DNA of 63,859 nucleotides, filler included, from Intoshia linei (lineage: Eukaryota > Animalia > Orthonectida), in assembly GCA_001642005.1 (NCBI GenBank). It is 5 parts of 5 records of this genome, joined end to end, with 100 filler letters (N's around TTAATTAATTAA, not from the genome) between each part and the next. Parts side by side here need not be neighbours in the genome. Positions count along the whole stretch, not along the records: positions 1 to 24,950 come from LWCA01000516.1; 4 more parts are not named here. One strand, given 5' to 3'. The notes below the pieces were generated by a model. It had not been told where the DNA came from, did not search any database, and saw nothing but the letters and a program-made list of their open reading frames with translations. Shown here one piece after another: positions 1 to 13,000 of the stretch (positions are counted from its first letter, which is position 1; every line of letters starts with the position of its first letter). Both the position numbers and the translations under genes were made by a program.

Positions 1-519
1 AAAGATAAATAAGATCCTTGTTAATTTTGGCGGTCATGCATAAAAAAAATTTATCGAACCAACATTTATCTTGGTAACCAAAAAACAAAAAAGTTATTTT
101 CAATTTCCTTTATATGGTAGGCATGGTTGTAATTTTTAATTTTGCCTTGGTTACCGGTATGTACCCCCACCATAATGTTGAAAAAATTAAATTTGTGTTT
201 GAAAATAAAACTTATAAAAAAATTTGGTACTGGTACATGGTGCTGATCAAAAAAATTTAATAAACATTAATTTGGGTTTAAATATCATGTTTTATGCAAT
301 TTAGATTGAATTTGGTCTGTAAAATTAAAAAAATTTGAAATATGTGTTTTATTTATTTCAGGTGTAAAATGATGACACAAGGGGATCAATTTTTTATTTA
401 AAGTAGCTTTGTCGAATAAACGTGAAATTTGTGATTTGTAATTTTAAAAGTTATCATAATAACCTAATATCATCAATATAATCATAATAATAATAAGTAT
501 AACCTCAAACATCCTATTC

Positions 520-1435
520 TTCATTGAATCGTACAAACTCGAGATGACAGAATGTGGCAGCGACTACCAGGCTTTTTTAATTGCATCTTTCAGGTCCTGA
601 ATACTATCATATGTCTTATTGTTTTTGTATATACTATGTGTCAGTATTCCCCAAACATTCTCGATCGGGTTCAGGTCGAGAGACCTTGATGGCCAGTTCA
701 AGATTTTTAATCTTGTATGGCTAAAATACTCTTTGGTCGACCTTGACGTGTGTACATAGGCATTGTCTTGTTGAAAAATTTTGAATTTTGTTTCTATGAG
801 GTAATGGGTATGTAGTCAGAGTATTCTGATACCTTAAAGAATCCACATTACCGCTAAGAAGCAAATCTTGATTTTACCTGATAAAAAGAATGCTCTCCAT
901 ACTATAACACCTCCTTCACTGGTTCGTCTGGACCTCTTAGAAAGTAATTATTTTCTCACATCATGCCAATAATGCGTATAACCATCTGGCCCATCTAGTT
1001 TTTATTTTTTCTCATCCGAGAAGCAAACTTGTTTCAAATTTCTGCTCATGTTCTCTCTGGCAAATTCTAAGTGGGATTTTTTGTGGTCAGATGTCAGGGG
1101 CGGTTTGCATTTCATTTTTGAACTTTCGATGAATGGATTAGACGAAATGATATTGCAAACTGAGCTTGGAGAAATGCCAAGATTCAAATCGGACGTTAAT
1201 TTACGAACACTGGACGTGCTATTAGATGCCTTCCTGACGACCAATCTCTTTGTAGTGTCCGTTATTGATGGAGGTCTACCGGTTTTTTCTTCTTTGGCTT
1301 ATTTTAAAGAAGTCGACATATAGTAGATTGGCTTCACCCCATTTCATTAGCTATATAATCTTGATTTTTCTCTTGCAATTTCAACCGTAAGATTTTTTGA
1401 ATATCTTCTTGAGTTAAGTTTTTTCTATTGATCAT
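520..1435 (-). mobile_element. Tc1/mariner (Tc3-like) DDE transposase pseudogene
   Basis: Minus-strand translation gives VCFSDEKK*KLDGPDGYTHYW, IFQQDNA and NWPSRSLDLNPIENVW, which are Tc1/Tc3 catalytic motifs. Stops and frameshifts are present; ends are approximate. Confidence 0.9.
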
Positions 1436-2145
1436 TTTTTAAAATTCTGTTCTAAATTTGGAAGACAGAGATTATCGTAAAAATTATCATTAAAATAAAG
1501 CACAAAAAATAAAAAAAATAGACCCCTCCTCCCGTCAAAAATATAATTCTACAGAAAATTTGAATGTTTAAAATTATAGATCAAAAAATATAAATATGCA
1601 TTACATAATAAACAGAGTGTAATTTAAATACAGTTATAATATGTAGTATTTTAATTATGTAATTTATTATTATTATAATTATAAGAAAATTAATTGTTTT
1701 TTCAGAATAATGGGTAATTTATTTTTTTGTCATGAAGATGTATGTTTCTGAGGTTAATATTTATGACAAAGTTAATGAATGTAAAGCGCGTCCCTTATTT
1801 ATGTGTTTTTAATCTAAAGGGTTCAATTTTAGAAATCAAACTTGCATACAAGTATCATTCTCGAAAATCAGTATTAGAAATTGCGTTTTTTAATTTATAT
1901 GACTCTTAGTTTTTAAATAGACGATAACACACTTATAAATTATAAGTGTGTTTAAATTATAATTTATAATACAGATACTACAAATATATAGTATACATTA
2001 TGCATTGCATAGTATCAAATAAATTAATCTAAATAATAAAAGAAATATCATACGCGGATAATAATAATTATATTGAAAATATTTATTATTTTCAAAGTAC
2101 AACAAATATAAAACAAATAAATATAATTTTGGTTAATGTATTATT

Positions 2146-4118
2146 TCACAGATTATTTTCAGAATGTACTTTGACATGTTTTCGTAAAGAACTTGGATGA
2201 GAATATTTCTTATTGCAACATGGACATTTAAAATTTTTTTCCACAGAATGAACATGCTCGTGTTTTTTTCGATCAGATGAATTTCCAAACATTCTGATAC
2301 AACCAAAAAATTTGCAGCTAAATGGTTTTTCTCCTAAAAACGGGATAAGTGAAATTTTATAAATTTAAAACAAATAATGTATTGCAGTAAACCTGTATGA
2401 GTTCGTGTGTGAATATTTAAGTTTTCTCTTCTAGCAAAACTTTTTCCACAGTCTGGAGCAGTACATACAAATGGCTTTTCTCCAGTGTGCACTCTAATAT
2501 GGTTGACTAACTTGTAGCGTGCTTTAAAAGGTTTACTAGTTCGCATGCATTCTTTCCTAAACATTTAATTATTATTTTACACATATCTATTTTTGTTTTA
2601 ATAATTTTTTCGCGTTTCATTAAATATAATGTTTTTGCAACTTTTATATTGACATGTGAATAATAAAAATTCAAACAAACAAAAAATTAAAATGGAATAA
2701 TTTACTTTAAAGTAAAGAGTAATGTGATATGACGGTTCCACCTTAAACAAGTTTGGGTACCACTCCTTTAAACGATTGATAATAGTGAATAAGATTTTTA
2801 AGTTAGATTTTCAACGTGAATTTATTTTTTTGATAGAATAAAAATGTGCCCTCTGCAGAGCTCGGTGATGTTTGTACGTACTACGTAGTACCTAACAGTC
2901 AACCTAGTTATTCAATATAATGGGTAATTTGTGGTTATGACCATGAATATGCCGATTTGTGAGTTTGAAATTGATCTTACATTATGCATCCGAAAAAATT
3001 GATTTAAAATTTGTGTCTTTGAAACTTCTGGGATTGTTTATTTTCTAAATAAACCGTTACACACACAAACTGACAGTGTCGGTCAGACACAAATTAATAG
3101 CTAATTTTACATTATATAACTAAAGATTATAATTATAGCTATTACTGAACCTACCATACAGAGACTCTTCTTTGGGGCCTCGACGAAATTTTTTTAAATT
3201 GATGGAACTATTTTTCCAAATTGAGGATTAAAAAAATTATATTCTTGAATATCATGATATTTTATGTGTTAAATTTAAAATGTCAAGTCAAGAGCATAAG
3301 AGAAGTCGCATGTGTTCTTAGTTTGTGAAATTTTTCTTAAGACTACTTTTTATTTTTGGGTGACCTCTAGCTGGATAGGTTTGGCTGTGATTATAGTGCT
3401 TAGTAATTAATTATTTATTATACAATATGTAATAAGTTACCAATATTATTTATATCAAATAAAATTACCAATAACAAATATAATTTTGGCTATTCTCATT
3501 TGATTGATTGATATGATGCTGTTCCAAATGATCAACAACCTGCTCGATTGTATTAAAACATAAATCGCATGTTTTCCCATTAAATATCCATTTGCATTCA
3601 ATATTGGCTGGATTGAAGCAATGATCATTAAACTGAGAACTATAATTGACTAAATTATGCATTAAGCTTGAAATTTCGTTTAAAATTGAACCTCTAGAAT
3701 CGATAGCATGAATTTGTTCCATTGGTGGTATTTGCCTCGGCTCAGACCTCCAAATTGGACATAAGTTTGGAATAATATTGGCACCTTGTTCCTTTCGATT
3801 GAATTGATTACTGTAATAGTTGAAATTATCCCTTGAACTCGAAACTTCATTGTTTCTAGAATATCTAGAAATTATGGGGTCAATGTAGTTACGGAGGTCG
3901 TTTGGATCTCTTCTTGGTAAAGATCTTTGTTCGTTTTGCAAATTTAGACAAAAAACTGGATTTACGAGGTGATTTTCATTGATTCTATTGTATTGGCAAT
4001 GGTTATTAATAAAATTTTGTCTTGGTATAAAAAAGTCATTATCTGTACGATTTAATTGTAGGTTTGGGTTCTCGTTTATACCATTATACCCATAGTGTGC
4101 ATCATTAAAGTTATTCAT
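2146..4118 (-). CDS. Zic: Zic-family C2H2 zinc-finger transcription factor, paralog A (exons 4118-3469, 2556-2393, 2333-2146)
   Basis: Five fingers with Zic signatures: [26 protein letters not shown]|[63 protein letters not shown] introns keep the frame. Confidence 0.93.
2675..2907 (+). mobile_element. Non-autonomous Helitron-like repeat, 3' end (in Zic-A intron 1)
   Basis: Perfect palindrome GTACTACGTAGTAC at 2878-2891, then 12 nt, then CTAG|T. Related copies at about 21395-21565 (+) and 12724-12810 (-). Confidence 0.6.
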
Positions 4119-7100
4119 TTTTAATTTTTATTAAAATGAAAAACAACGAATAATTAACATTTAGAATAATGCAGTATGATTGCTTACGCTAATACTTGAG
4201 TAGCATTATAATTGGATCAATATGTCACCATCAAAGAAACTAATACTCATTTAATCGTTATTATAGTTAGAACCGCCTACTAAATATAATGTTATAATGA
4301 AAAAAAATGACGGTGGTGAAATTTTTATTTAAACAATTGTCACTTGATGACATGTGATAAAATCGTTTATGAAACGATTAAATGAAAATGTTTACATCAG
4401 ATTTAATTTCCGAGTCAATGTTATATCTTTATGTTATCGTGTTGACTATTTAATTTTTGTATACTATTGGGAATTAATGTGTTAATTTATTATTATTTTT
4501 TAATAAGTAAGGATAATAAAATGCTATTTGGTTAAGAATCTCAACATTTTCACCCCTAGATTTGACTTTATAATACATTACAAATTAAATTAATTTTATA
4601 ATTTTATTTCAGTAGCATTAAGTTATCCAAAATTTTTTACTCAAAAGGACTGAATCCATGCATCACTGCTACAAAATATATTTTACTTATAAAAATAGTA
4701 TACTAAATATATTTCATCACATTGTGATGAGAAAGCTAGCATCATGTAATGCTACACCACATTTAATTTGGTATCAACTTTTTATTTTTTCTGGACTTAA
4801 TTTTATTTAAAATTTTTTAGGGTCATAATAAGGATTATATTGTTTTTAATTGATTTTTTGGTCAGTCTTAAAAATCAAAAAAATTTGATCCTGGGCATAA
4901 CTTGTTACAGTTTTTATCAAGTACAAAGCAGTCAAGCTATTTATAGTTGTATAAATAAAGACTGTATTACAATTATACATAAATATTTAAATTTGATAGT
5001 TATATAAAACCTATTATATATATGTAATATATATAAATAAAACATACAATACTTGTATGTTAATGGATTTATTAGTGGAATTTTTATATTTGTATTTGTT
5101 TTGAACTATTTAGCTTTATTTGTTGTAAAAACGATATATCACTGTTTAAGTAGCTATGATGGAAAATATTAGAAATATTGATAGTAATTAATATTAAATT
5201 AAGTGTCATCACATTTTTACAAATATTTATATCATATCTCAATGTAAAGCGTGTCACTTTTCTAATTAATGAAGCAATATTGTACATGTTCAGTGAATAT
5301 TGTCATTTAATCATATTTATAAAATGGCGTTATTTTTCATAATTAATTACCAACTTGTCTGTTTTATAAAATTAAAAATTATATTTAAACAAAATAATGT
5401 TTCCCTTTTTTTATTTTTTACATAAATTATCATTATATAATCAGAAAAATTTAAAATATAAAGCAGTTTTGTCAAAAAAGAAAATAACAGTAATGTAAAA
5501 ATTTAAAAAACAAAAAAAAAAAATAATTATATTTTTTTTTAACAACTAAATATAGTGAAAAAATGAATAACGGTAAAATGTCGAAACAAAAACCTAATTA
5601 GAATTTTCAATTTTAAATGTCGAAACAAAAACCACTGAGGTTATGGACCCTATATTTTAGTTTTTATTTAAACTTTTAGACCTACGTGAAAGGGCTATTC
5701 AAACAATTCTATCATATGAGTGAATTTAGAAAAGAATCGACAACATAGATGAGCCTTGGAGTGAGAAATGTATCTTAAAATATTTTAATTTGTGTATTAA
5801 CATTGTGTAAAATTAAAATTTTTCCCTAAGACCCGTCATATTGGGTTTATTGAATTATGCTTGTTATCATTGTTTACGTTTTATGTATATTATTAATTAG
5901 ATTATTAATCTATGTATTATTTGTTATGCTAGTAACATCATGTTAAGTTTAATTATCGATTGTTGATAATCGAAAGAGAACTTGCCGAAAATATCGTTTT
6001 TTATACAGTTGCTGAAAAATTTAGTAGAATGAAAATTACAAAAAAATATATCTGTTTATTTATTTATTTGTTACCATTTATTTATTAACATATTAACAGT
6101 AAGTAAATTAACTTAAAAATTAGTAATAATACCCATTTTTAATACAGTATTTGGAGGGAGGGATATGTTTTATCGCAAATTTCATATTGAGAAATTAAGT
6201 CTTTAAAGGTAAAAAACTTAAATTATTCTTTTTAGTATTTTTTTGTTTGTTTAGAAACTATTTTATTAAAACAAAAATTTGATATAATTAAAGGTTCTAC
6301 AATTAAAAAAAAAAATAATTCTGATACAGATTATTCTAGTTGACATAGATGCATAATTTCAACGCAGAAATCTACGCATTCCAGGTGAAAAATAACATAT
6401 ATAAAACAATATAATAATAATAAAATATTACTTTGCTATTATCATTTTTATATTTATTGCAATTTTGGTAAAATTGACCCGAAATATGTTTTTAATGTTA
6501 TGAGTGCGTTAATTATTGATACAAAATATTTTTTACTTATCGAAAACAGATACTGAATATATACCATCACTAGGGTTATTCCAATTTTGACTTTTTTTTT
6601 AAATTTTAAAAATACATACATAACTGTATATAGACAATAATCTCCATTTAATTTTCTGCAGAATGATATACATTTTTTTTATTTTTGTCATAAAAAATCC
6701 CATGCGTTTTTACATTTTTTTGTTTTCCTAAAATTTTTTTATTAAAAAAATATAGCAACATTTTTCCCCGTAGTTGATATGCATTTATTATAATTTTAAC
6801 ATGTAACATATATCATGTGACACTAATCAGATTAATTAAAACAAATCAATAAAAAATCGTATATTTTAGATACAGTTCACGGACAAACTTTTCATGATTT
6901 TTAAAAAAAATATATAAATTAAAAAAAAAAACGTGAATTTATATGAACTGAGTCAAAATATTTTAAATGCTTCTACTCAAATAATTTTGAAGTACTATTG
7001 TAAAAAAATAATTTTGTAATAAAATGTTTATAATATTAAGAGAAAAACGAATTTAAAAATGATATAATTTAATTCATCACTTTTGTGAATATTTTATTAT

Positions 7101-8006
7101 CTGTAGATACTATTTATATTTTTTAACTATTTTTTTACATAAGTACATTTTTACATATATAGTACTCTCTCTATATAATATTATAATAATGATAATAATC
7201 ATATAATGAGATTATTATACTTATTACCAGGGGTGGCATTAGTGCCAGCAATAATGTACTGGTAGCAAATATTAAAAATACTATTATAAATTGAAAAATT
7301 AGTAATTTTATTAACATTTAGACATTAATTAAATAATAATTATTATTTATAAATAAGGTTTATAAATAAAAATTAATCAGAAAAATAATAGGTTTGACTG
7401 TATATGAAATCGAAATGTTTAAATGACAAGTTTACCCGTAGTAAGTTAAATATTGTAAATTAAAGATTAGTGTAAGGTAATTTTAGAAATTCATCATTGA
7501 ACGTGTATTGTAATAATTTTATAATTCATTCGGGAAGATATAATCTATATATAACTTTAACATAAGATTGCGAGTAAATACGCCGAGTGAATATGTGAGA
7601 CAAAATAGTAATAATTATTTACTTTACGAGTTAAATTTTCCATTCTTTACTTTACGCAAGACAAGTTGACTAATTTACACGAGTCTTTAAGTAAAGTAAA
7701 GCCAATGAGAAAATATATTTATAATTATTAATTATCATGTGAAATCAATATATCGCTCAAAAAATGTTGTCGTTTATTAAAAATTTTTATATTTATATTA
7801 CTGGTAGACAGATGTCACCAGCTTTTACTACTGCTGGTACCAATGACAGCAAAATTTTACTGGTACCATCATTTCATCCAGCCCTGGATATTATTAATTG
7901 TGATGAAAATCGTGATAAAAACTAGCATGATTATAATAATCGTGTTAAAAAAGATGTGCACCGATTCAACCCATTCGTTGTTCGTTAAGACAAACAAACA
8001 GAAATG

Positions 8007-8212
8007 GTCACATGCAAGGGTCTCTAAAAACACTTTTAAAAGGCCTATTGGCATCCCTAAATTCATTCTTAACGAAGGGACTCTTTTTTAATAGATTTTA
8101 GCTATCGCTGTTGGCTTATAATACAAAAAACAAACAGGTCCCGTCACATGCAAGGGTCTCTAAAAACACTTTTAAAAGGCTTATTGGCATCCCTACACTC
8201 ATTCTTAACGAA
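8007..8212. repeat. Direct repeat of about 70 bp, two copies, between the Zic genes
   Basis: gtcacatgcaagggtctctaaaaacacttttaaaaggc(c/t)tattggcatcccta...tcattcttaacgaa at 8007-8076 and 8143-8212. Confidence 0.9.
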
Positions 8213-10078
8213 AGAACATAACGAAAAAATTTTCGGAAAAAGAAATATTACAAAATTAAAATAAATCTCAAATTGATATGAAAGTTATACTTTATTTGAT
8301 TCTAAACTTTGAGTTTTTGAATATAAGAAATTGCGTAGCAATGATAAAAAAAGCCGAAGAAATCAATTTATGATATTGAATCCCATATTTCTATATTTCA
8401 AATTTGTAGACATTCAATTCACATTTTTTTTGAAATTGTAGGATAAACATTTAAATTTTCATTTTTAATTTTAACTTAAAACTTATGATTTGATAACATA
8501 TTAACTGGGGTATTTTGACGGGGAATCCGTAGACTTAAGCAATTCAAAATTTTTCTCTAGATTAACTGGAATATACTGTATCAGGTTAATCTTTTTTTAA
8601 ATTCTAGGATTTAGTTTTTTTACCATTTTTCAAAATAATGGGTAATTTAGAGCTTTGGACGTGAAGATATATATTTCTTATGTTGATATTTACGAGGATG
8701 TTAATCATTTAAACAAGTGTCCAGAAGTGGTGATTTTGAAACTCTACGCCTTTTAGTTGATAAAAAAGTTGTAAATAAATGATTATTAACAAACAGTCTA
8801 CATTTTACACAGACCCTATACTTTAAAACATTAAAGTTGAAATAACGAAAGAAAATTTGAATAAAATATACATTTGATATTTGAAAAGGAAATCATCAAA
8901 GTCAATTATCAATCTATAATAAGATGAACACCCACAGTTTTATTGTTTCAACTCGGTATTAAAAACCCAATTTAATATCATTTATGAAACTATACATATA
9001 ACAGTCGATATTAAACATGTAGTCTCAAATAAAAATATTATAATGATGTATTTATTACTAATTCTACACAGAATTTTATAATTCTGGATCAACTATTACT
9101 TTTGCTGGGAACATTCAATTATAATCATTATTAACGTGGAAATTCTGGTAAATGTTTGTTATATCCAGCAGTTTTAACCTTGCAATTAGTTGTCAGTTGT
9201 CTAATATTTGATTCTCACAGCTTTCATTATAATTAATAACTAATCATAAAAAATTTTAGTTATACATGTATAACAAAAATTAATATGATAAATTCATAAA
9301 ATTTAATAACATTGCCATTTAACGTATAGTACATATTTATCACTACATTATGTATTATTATTTAATTTTTATTCTTAGAACTTTTTGATACATGATACAA
9401 AACTGTATATAGAAAATCGTGACAAATATAAAAATCATAAAAACAGTGATGACAAAATAAATTTCAATCACTTGAGGATTGATTTTGTGATTTAAACTGC
9501 ACTAAGTGTACAAAATCAATACTGATCCAATTACAAATCAACTGAATGAATAGAAATAAATCGGATACATTTTATATCGACTTTTCATAAGATGAAACAA
9601 TAGTGACATGCCATCAAGTATCTATTGTGTTAACGAAAATTTCAACACGTTAATTCTAATTGAAAAAAGATTACATTATAATATAGTTGATGAAGATTCA
9701 CTGAAAATTATACTTTTAAAATTATAATGTTGAAATGTTCATAATGCACTATATTTTTGTTTATACATTTCGTATGTAAATTTTTGACAATTTGTATCAA
9801 TCAATTTATAGTGGGTGTGTCCAAATCTAATAACAATGAAATTTTTACATTAGCGATCAAATAATTATGTTTTTATAATGACATATCCAGTAATCTACAG
9901 CATCATGCCGAGGATATGAAAAGATTTAATAAATTTAAATAAATACACCATGCATATACAAAATATTAACTGAATGTCAAAACTTTCATCACAAGCGAGA
10001 TAATTATTTTTTCATAGCATTATATTTATGAAAGTGGTTACTAAATTTTAAATTATTGAAAATTATACAAAAATAATA

Positions 10079-13000
10079 ATGAACAATCAAGGAAACAATG
10101 ACCCAATGAATAATTCCATTAAAAAAAAATCTGAACAAAACGAAAAACAATGTCCAAATGAATGTAACAAAGAAAATGAAGGAAAAACTGAAGATAATTC
10201 TACAATTCCTAATGAAAATATTTGCTTAATTAATAATTACGAGAATGATGCAAATTTTAATTCAATTTATAATACAAGTTCCGAAAAATACCTTAAAAAT
10301 GATCAGGATATGTTGATGCATCCAACAATTACTGGAAACACTCAAAACACTGGAAATACTATGAATAACAGAAATACAATACATCAGAATAGACCCAATA
10401 ACTATAATAATATAAATAATAATAATTTAATAAATTCAGAATTTCAAATGAATTTTAACAACACGTACAATCAATATATTCAAAATCTTCCATATCCAGA
10501 ATCATATCATACACAACGGGATCCATACGAATTTCACGATAGAAATTTATCTTTTAGTGCTCGTACAGATGGAATGATACCGATGCCTATACGTCATGAT
10601 GAATCACGAAATCGTACCAATGTACACAATGACATGTTAAATGGATCCCAACAACGGAGGACGATTCATCAAATGATGCCTGCCGATAATTTAAACGGTC
10701 AAAGTCATGATTCAAACAGAAATTTACAAATTCATGAAGAAAGGGATTTATCATATCCTATGCGAAATGGGATAAATCACGAAAATCGAGTTAATGTACA
10801 CAATGGAATGAATGTTTTCAATAGTGTGAATCGAATAAATGAAGTTGATGGAAATGTAAATTCGTTGACACCGGTTCGTCATTCTGGTGGAGATATTTAT
10901 CAACAAATGTATCCAAGTCTAATCAACGATCCAACCCATTTTAATCAAATAAATCCCATGGATCATACACAGTTCATGAATTCTCTGAATCCTCTTACTC
11001 CCTCAAACCCTCTGAATCAACAAAATTTTATAAATAATTTGATTAATTTAAATCCATCGAATCATGTACGAGCAAATGAAATTAATTATCATACTCCAGA
11101 TTTAACCGGGTCATACGTACCAAATGGACATACCAGATCTAATAGTACTCAACAGTATCAATTTAATAATAGTACCATAATAAATCCCATTTTTTGTAAT
11201 GGTCCAATTAATGCACCAGTTAATATGAATCCTTCAGATACTAACGACGAAGATAGTGATGAAATTCAAGAACCACATATTTGTCGTTGGGCAATAGATG
11301 GTAGATTAAACGGTGAACCTTGCAATAAATGTTTCAACACTATAGCAGAATTGGTAAATCACTTACAATTGGAGCATATAAATCAATCTAATGAAGACGG
11401 CAATTATTATGTTTGTTTTTGGTAATTTTTTTATTATATACCGGCTTGACTATTTTGTTCTTCGCACATACAATACCTAATGTATATATTGCATAGAATG
11501 TATACAATTGTGAAATGTACACATTCCACGGGCAAGTCGTAGAATGTGTAACATTTTCATTTATATTTTAATTTTAATTTAATTTTGGGTTTTAGAAATT
11601 TTATTAAACCAAATTTTAAGGGGTTTTTTTAGGAAATTTTTATTTAACCAAACTTAAAGACAACCTTATAGTTTGGGTTAAAAAAAAATCTTAAAAATCA
11701 CGTGGAAATATGGTTCAAAAAAAATCTTAAAAAATTCCCTTAAAATTTGGTTTAAAAAAAATTTCTGTGACCCAAAATTAAACAAAATTAAAATATAAAT
11801 TTAACACATTATACGAGTTTCCCATATAATGTGTACATTTCACATTTTTACACATTCTACATATATATGTATAATGATAATCATAAATAATGTATAAAAA
11901 ATTATATGGTACATTGAAATTTACATTTTCTCACATTAATTGTGGTGTGCCAAAACAGTAACCACGATTTTGTTTTTCAAAAATTAATTTACACTTTTGT
12001 GTATTTCTCTCCTCCATACTATGCTTACATTGTCTTAAACCATTTATATCGTCATAATGTCTTGACAAGTGGTTCCCAAAGTAACCACAAAAAAAATGAA
12101 TTTTAATTAAATTTTAAATAAAATGAAGATAACCTTTTTTAACAATATAATTACATAATAATATTATTCATTATCGATCATACATTATTTATTGTTATTA
12201 TAATAACAATATTATTAATGAACTTAATATTATGATCAAAATTTTATAATCAATCTAAACGAAGTAAAGTTTTACTGAATAACGTGAATTTTTCAGTGTT
12301 AAGTTGGATTTGTAGAGAAATTAAATCGACTAAAATATTAAATGAATATCAACAATTCTTAGATAGAAAATAAGAAATAATGTTATGTAATAAATATATA
12401 TAAATGATTTAATTTTATTGGTATAAAACTTAAAATATATGATATGTTACGCTTTGGTATATGACAACGGCACACCACATCTAATGAAGAAAATTTATTT
12501 ATACAATAATAATTTTAATTAAATGATTAATAATTTTTAATTTAGGCATAAATGCATTCGAAATGGTGCGCCTTTTAAAGCCAGATATAAATTGGTAAAC
12601 CATTTAAGAGTTCATACTGGCGAGAAACCATTTAAATGTACATTATGTAAGAGTAGATTTGCTAGATCAGAAAATATGAAAATTCATAATAGAGTACATA
12701 CAGGTATTTTAATATACAAATAACTAGCTTTAATTTTATGTACTACGTACAAACAGCACCTAGGTTTGCTGAGGGGTACTTTTTTAATTATACCAAAAAA
12801 ATTAACTTATTAAGTAAATAAAATCAACACAGTAAAATCCTATAAATTGTCATAAATAGCTTAAATTCCAGAAAAAATAAAATTTAAATAACGGTCATTA
12901 TTTTTTATTGAGGTTGCCATTTATAAGCAATATAATTTTATTTTTTTATGATTTAAAAATCTATCCCAGAATTTATGTTTTATACAATTTTAGGACATGT

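Noticed and set aside
1048-1323. 91-aa + strand ORF, and similar short ORFs overlapping DDX49, NFX1, GBF1, fascin and the hAT element
   Set aside because: Antisense or off-frame shadows of real genes or transposases.
11941-12479. 11-bp inverted repeat TGTGGTGTGCC...GGCACACCACA
   Set aside because: Possible MITE, but there is no clear TSD or second copy in the window.
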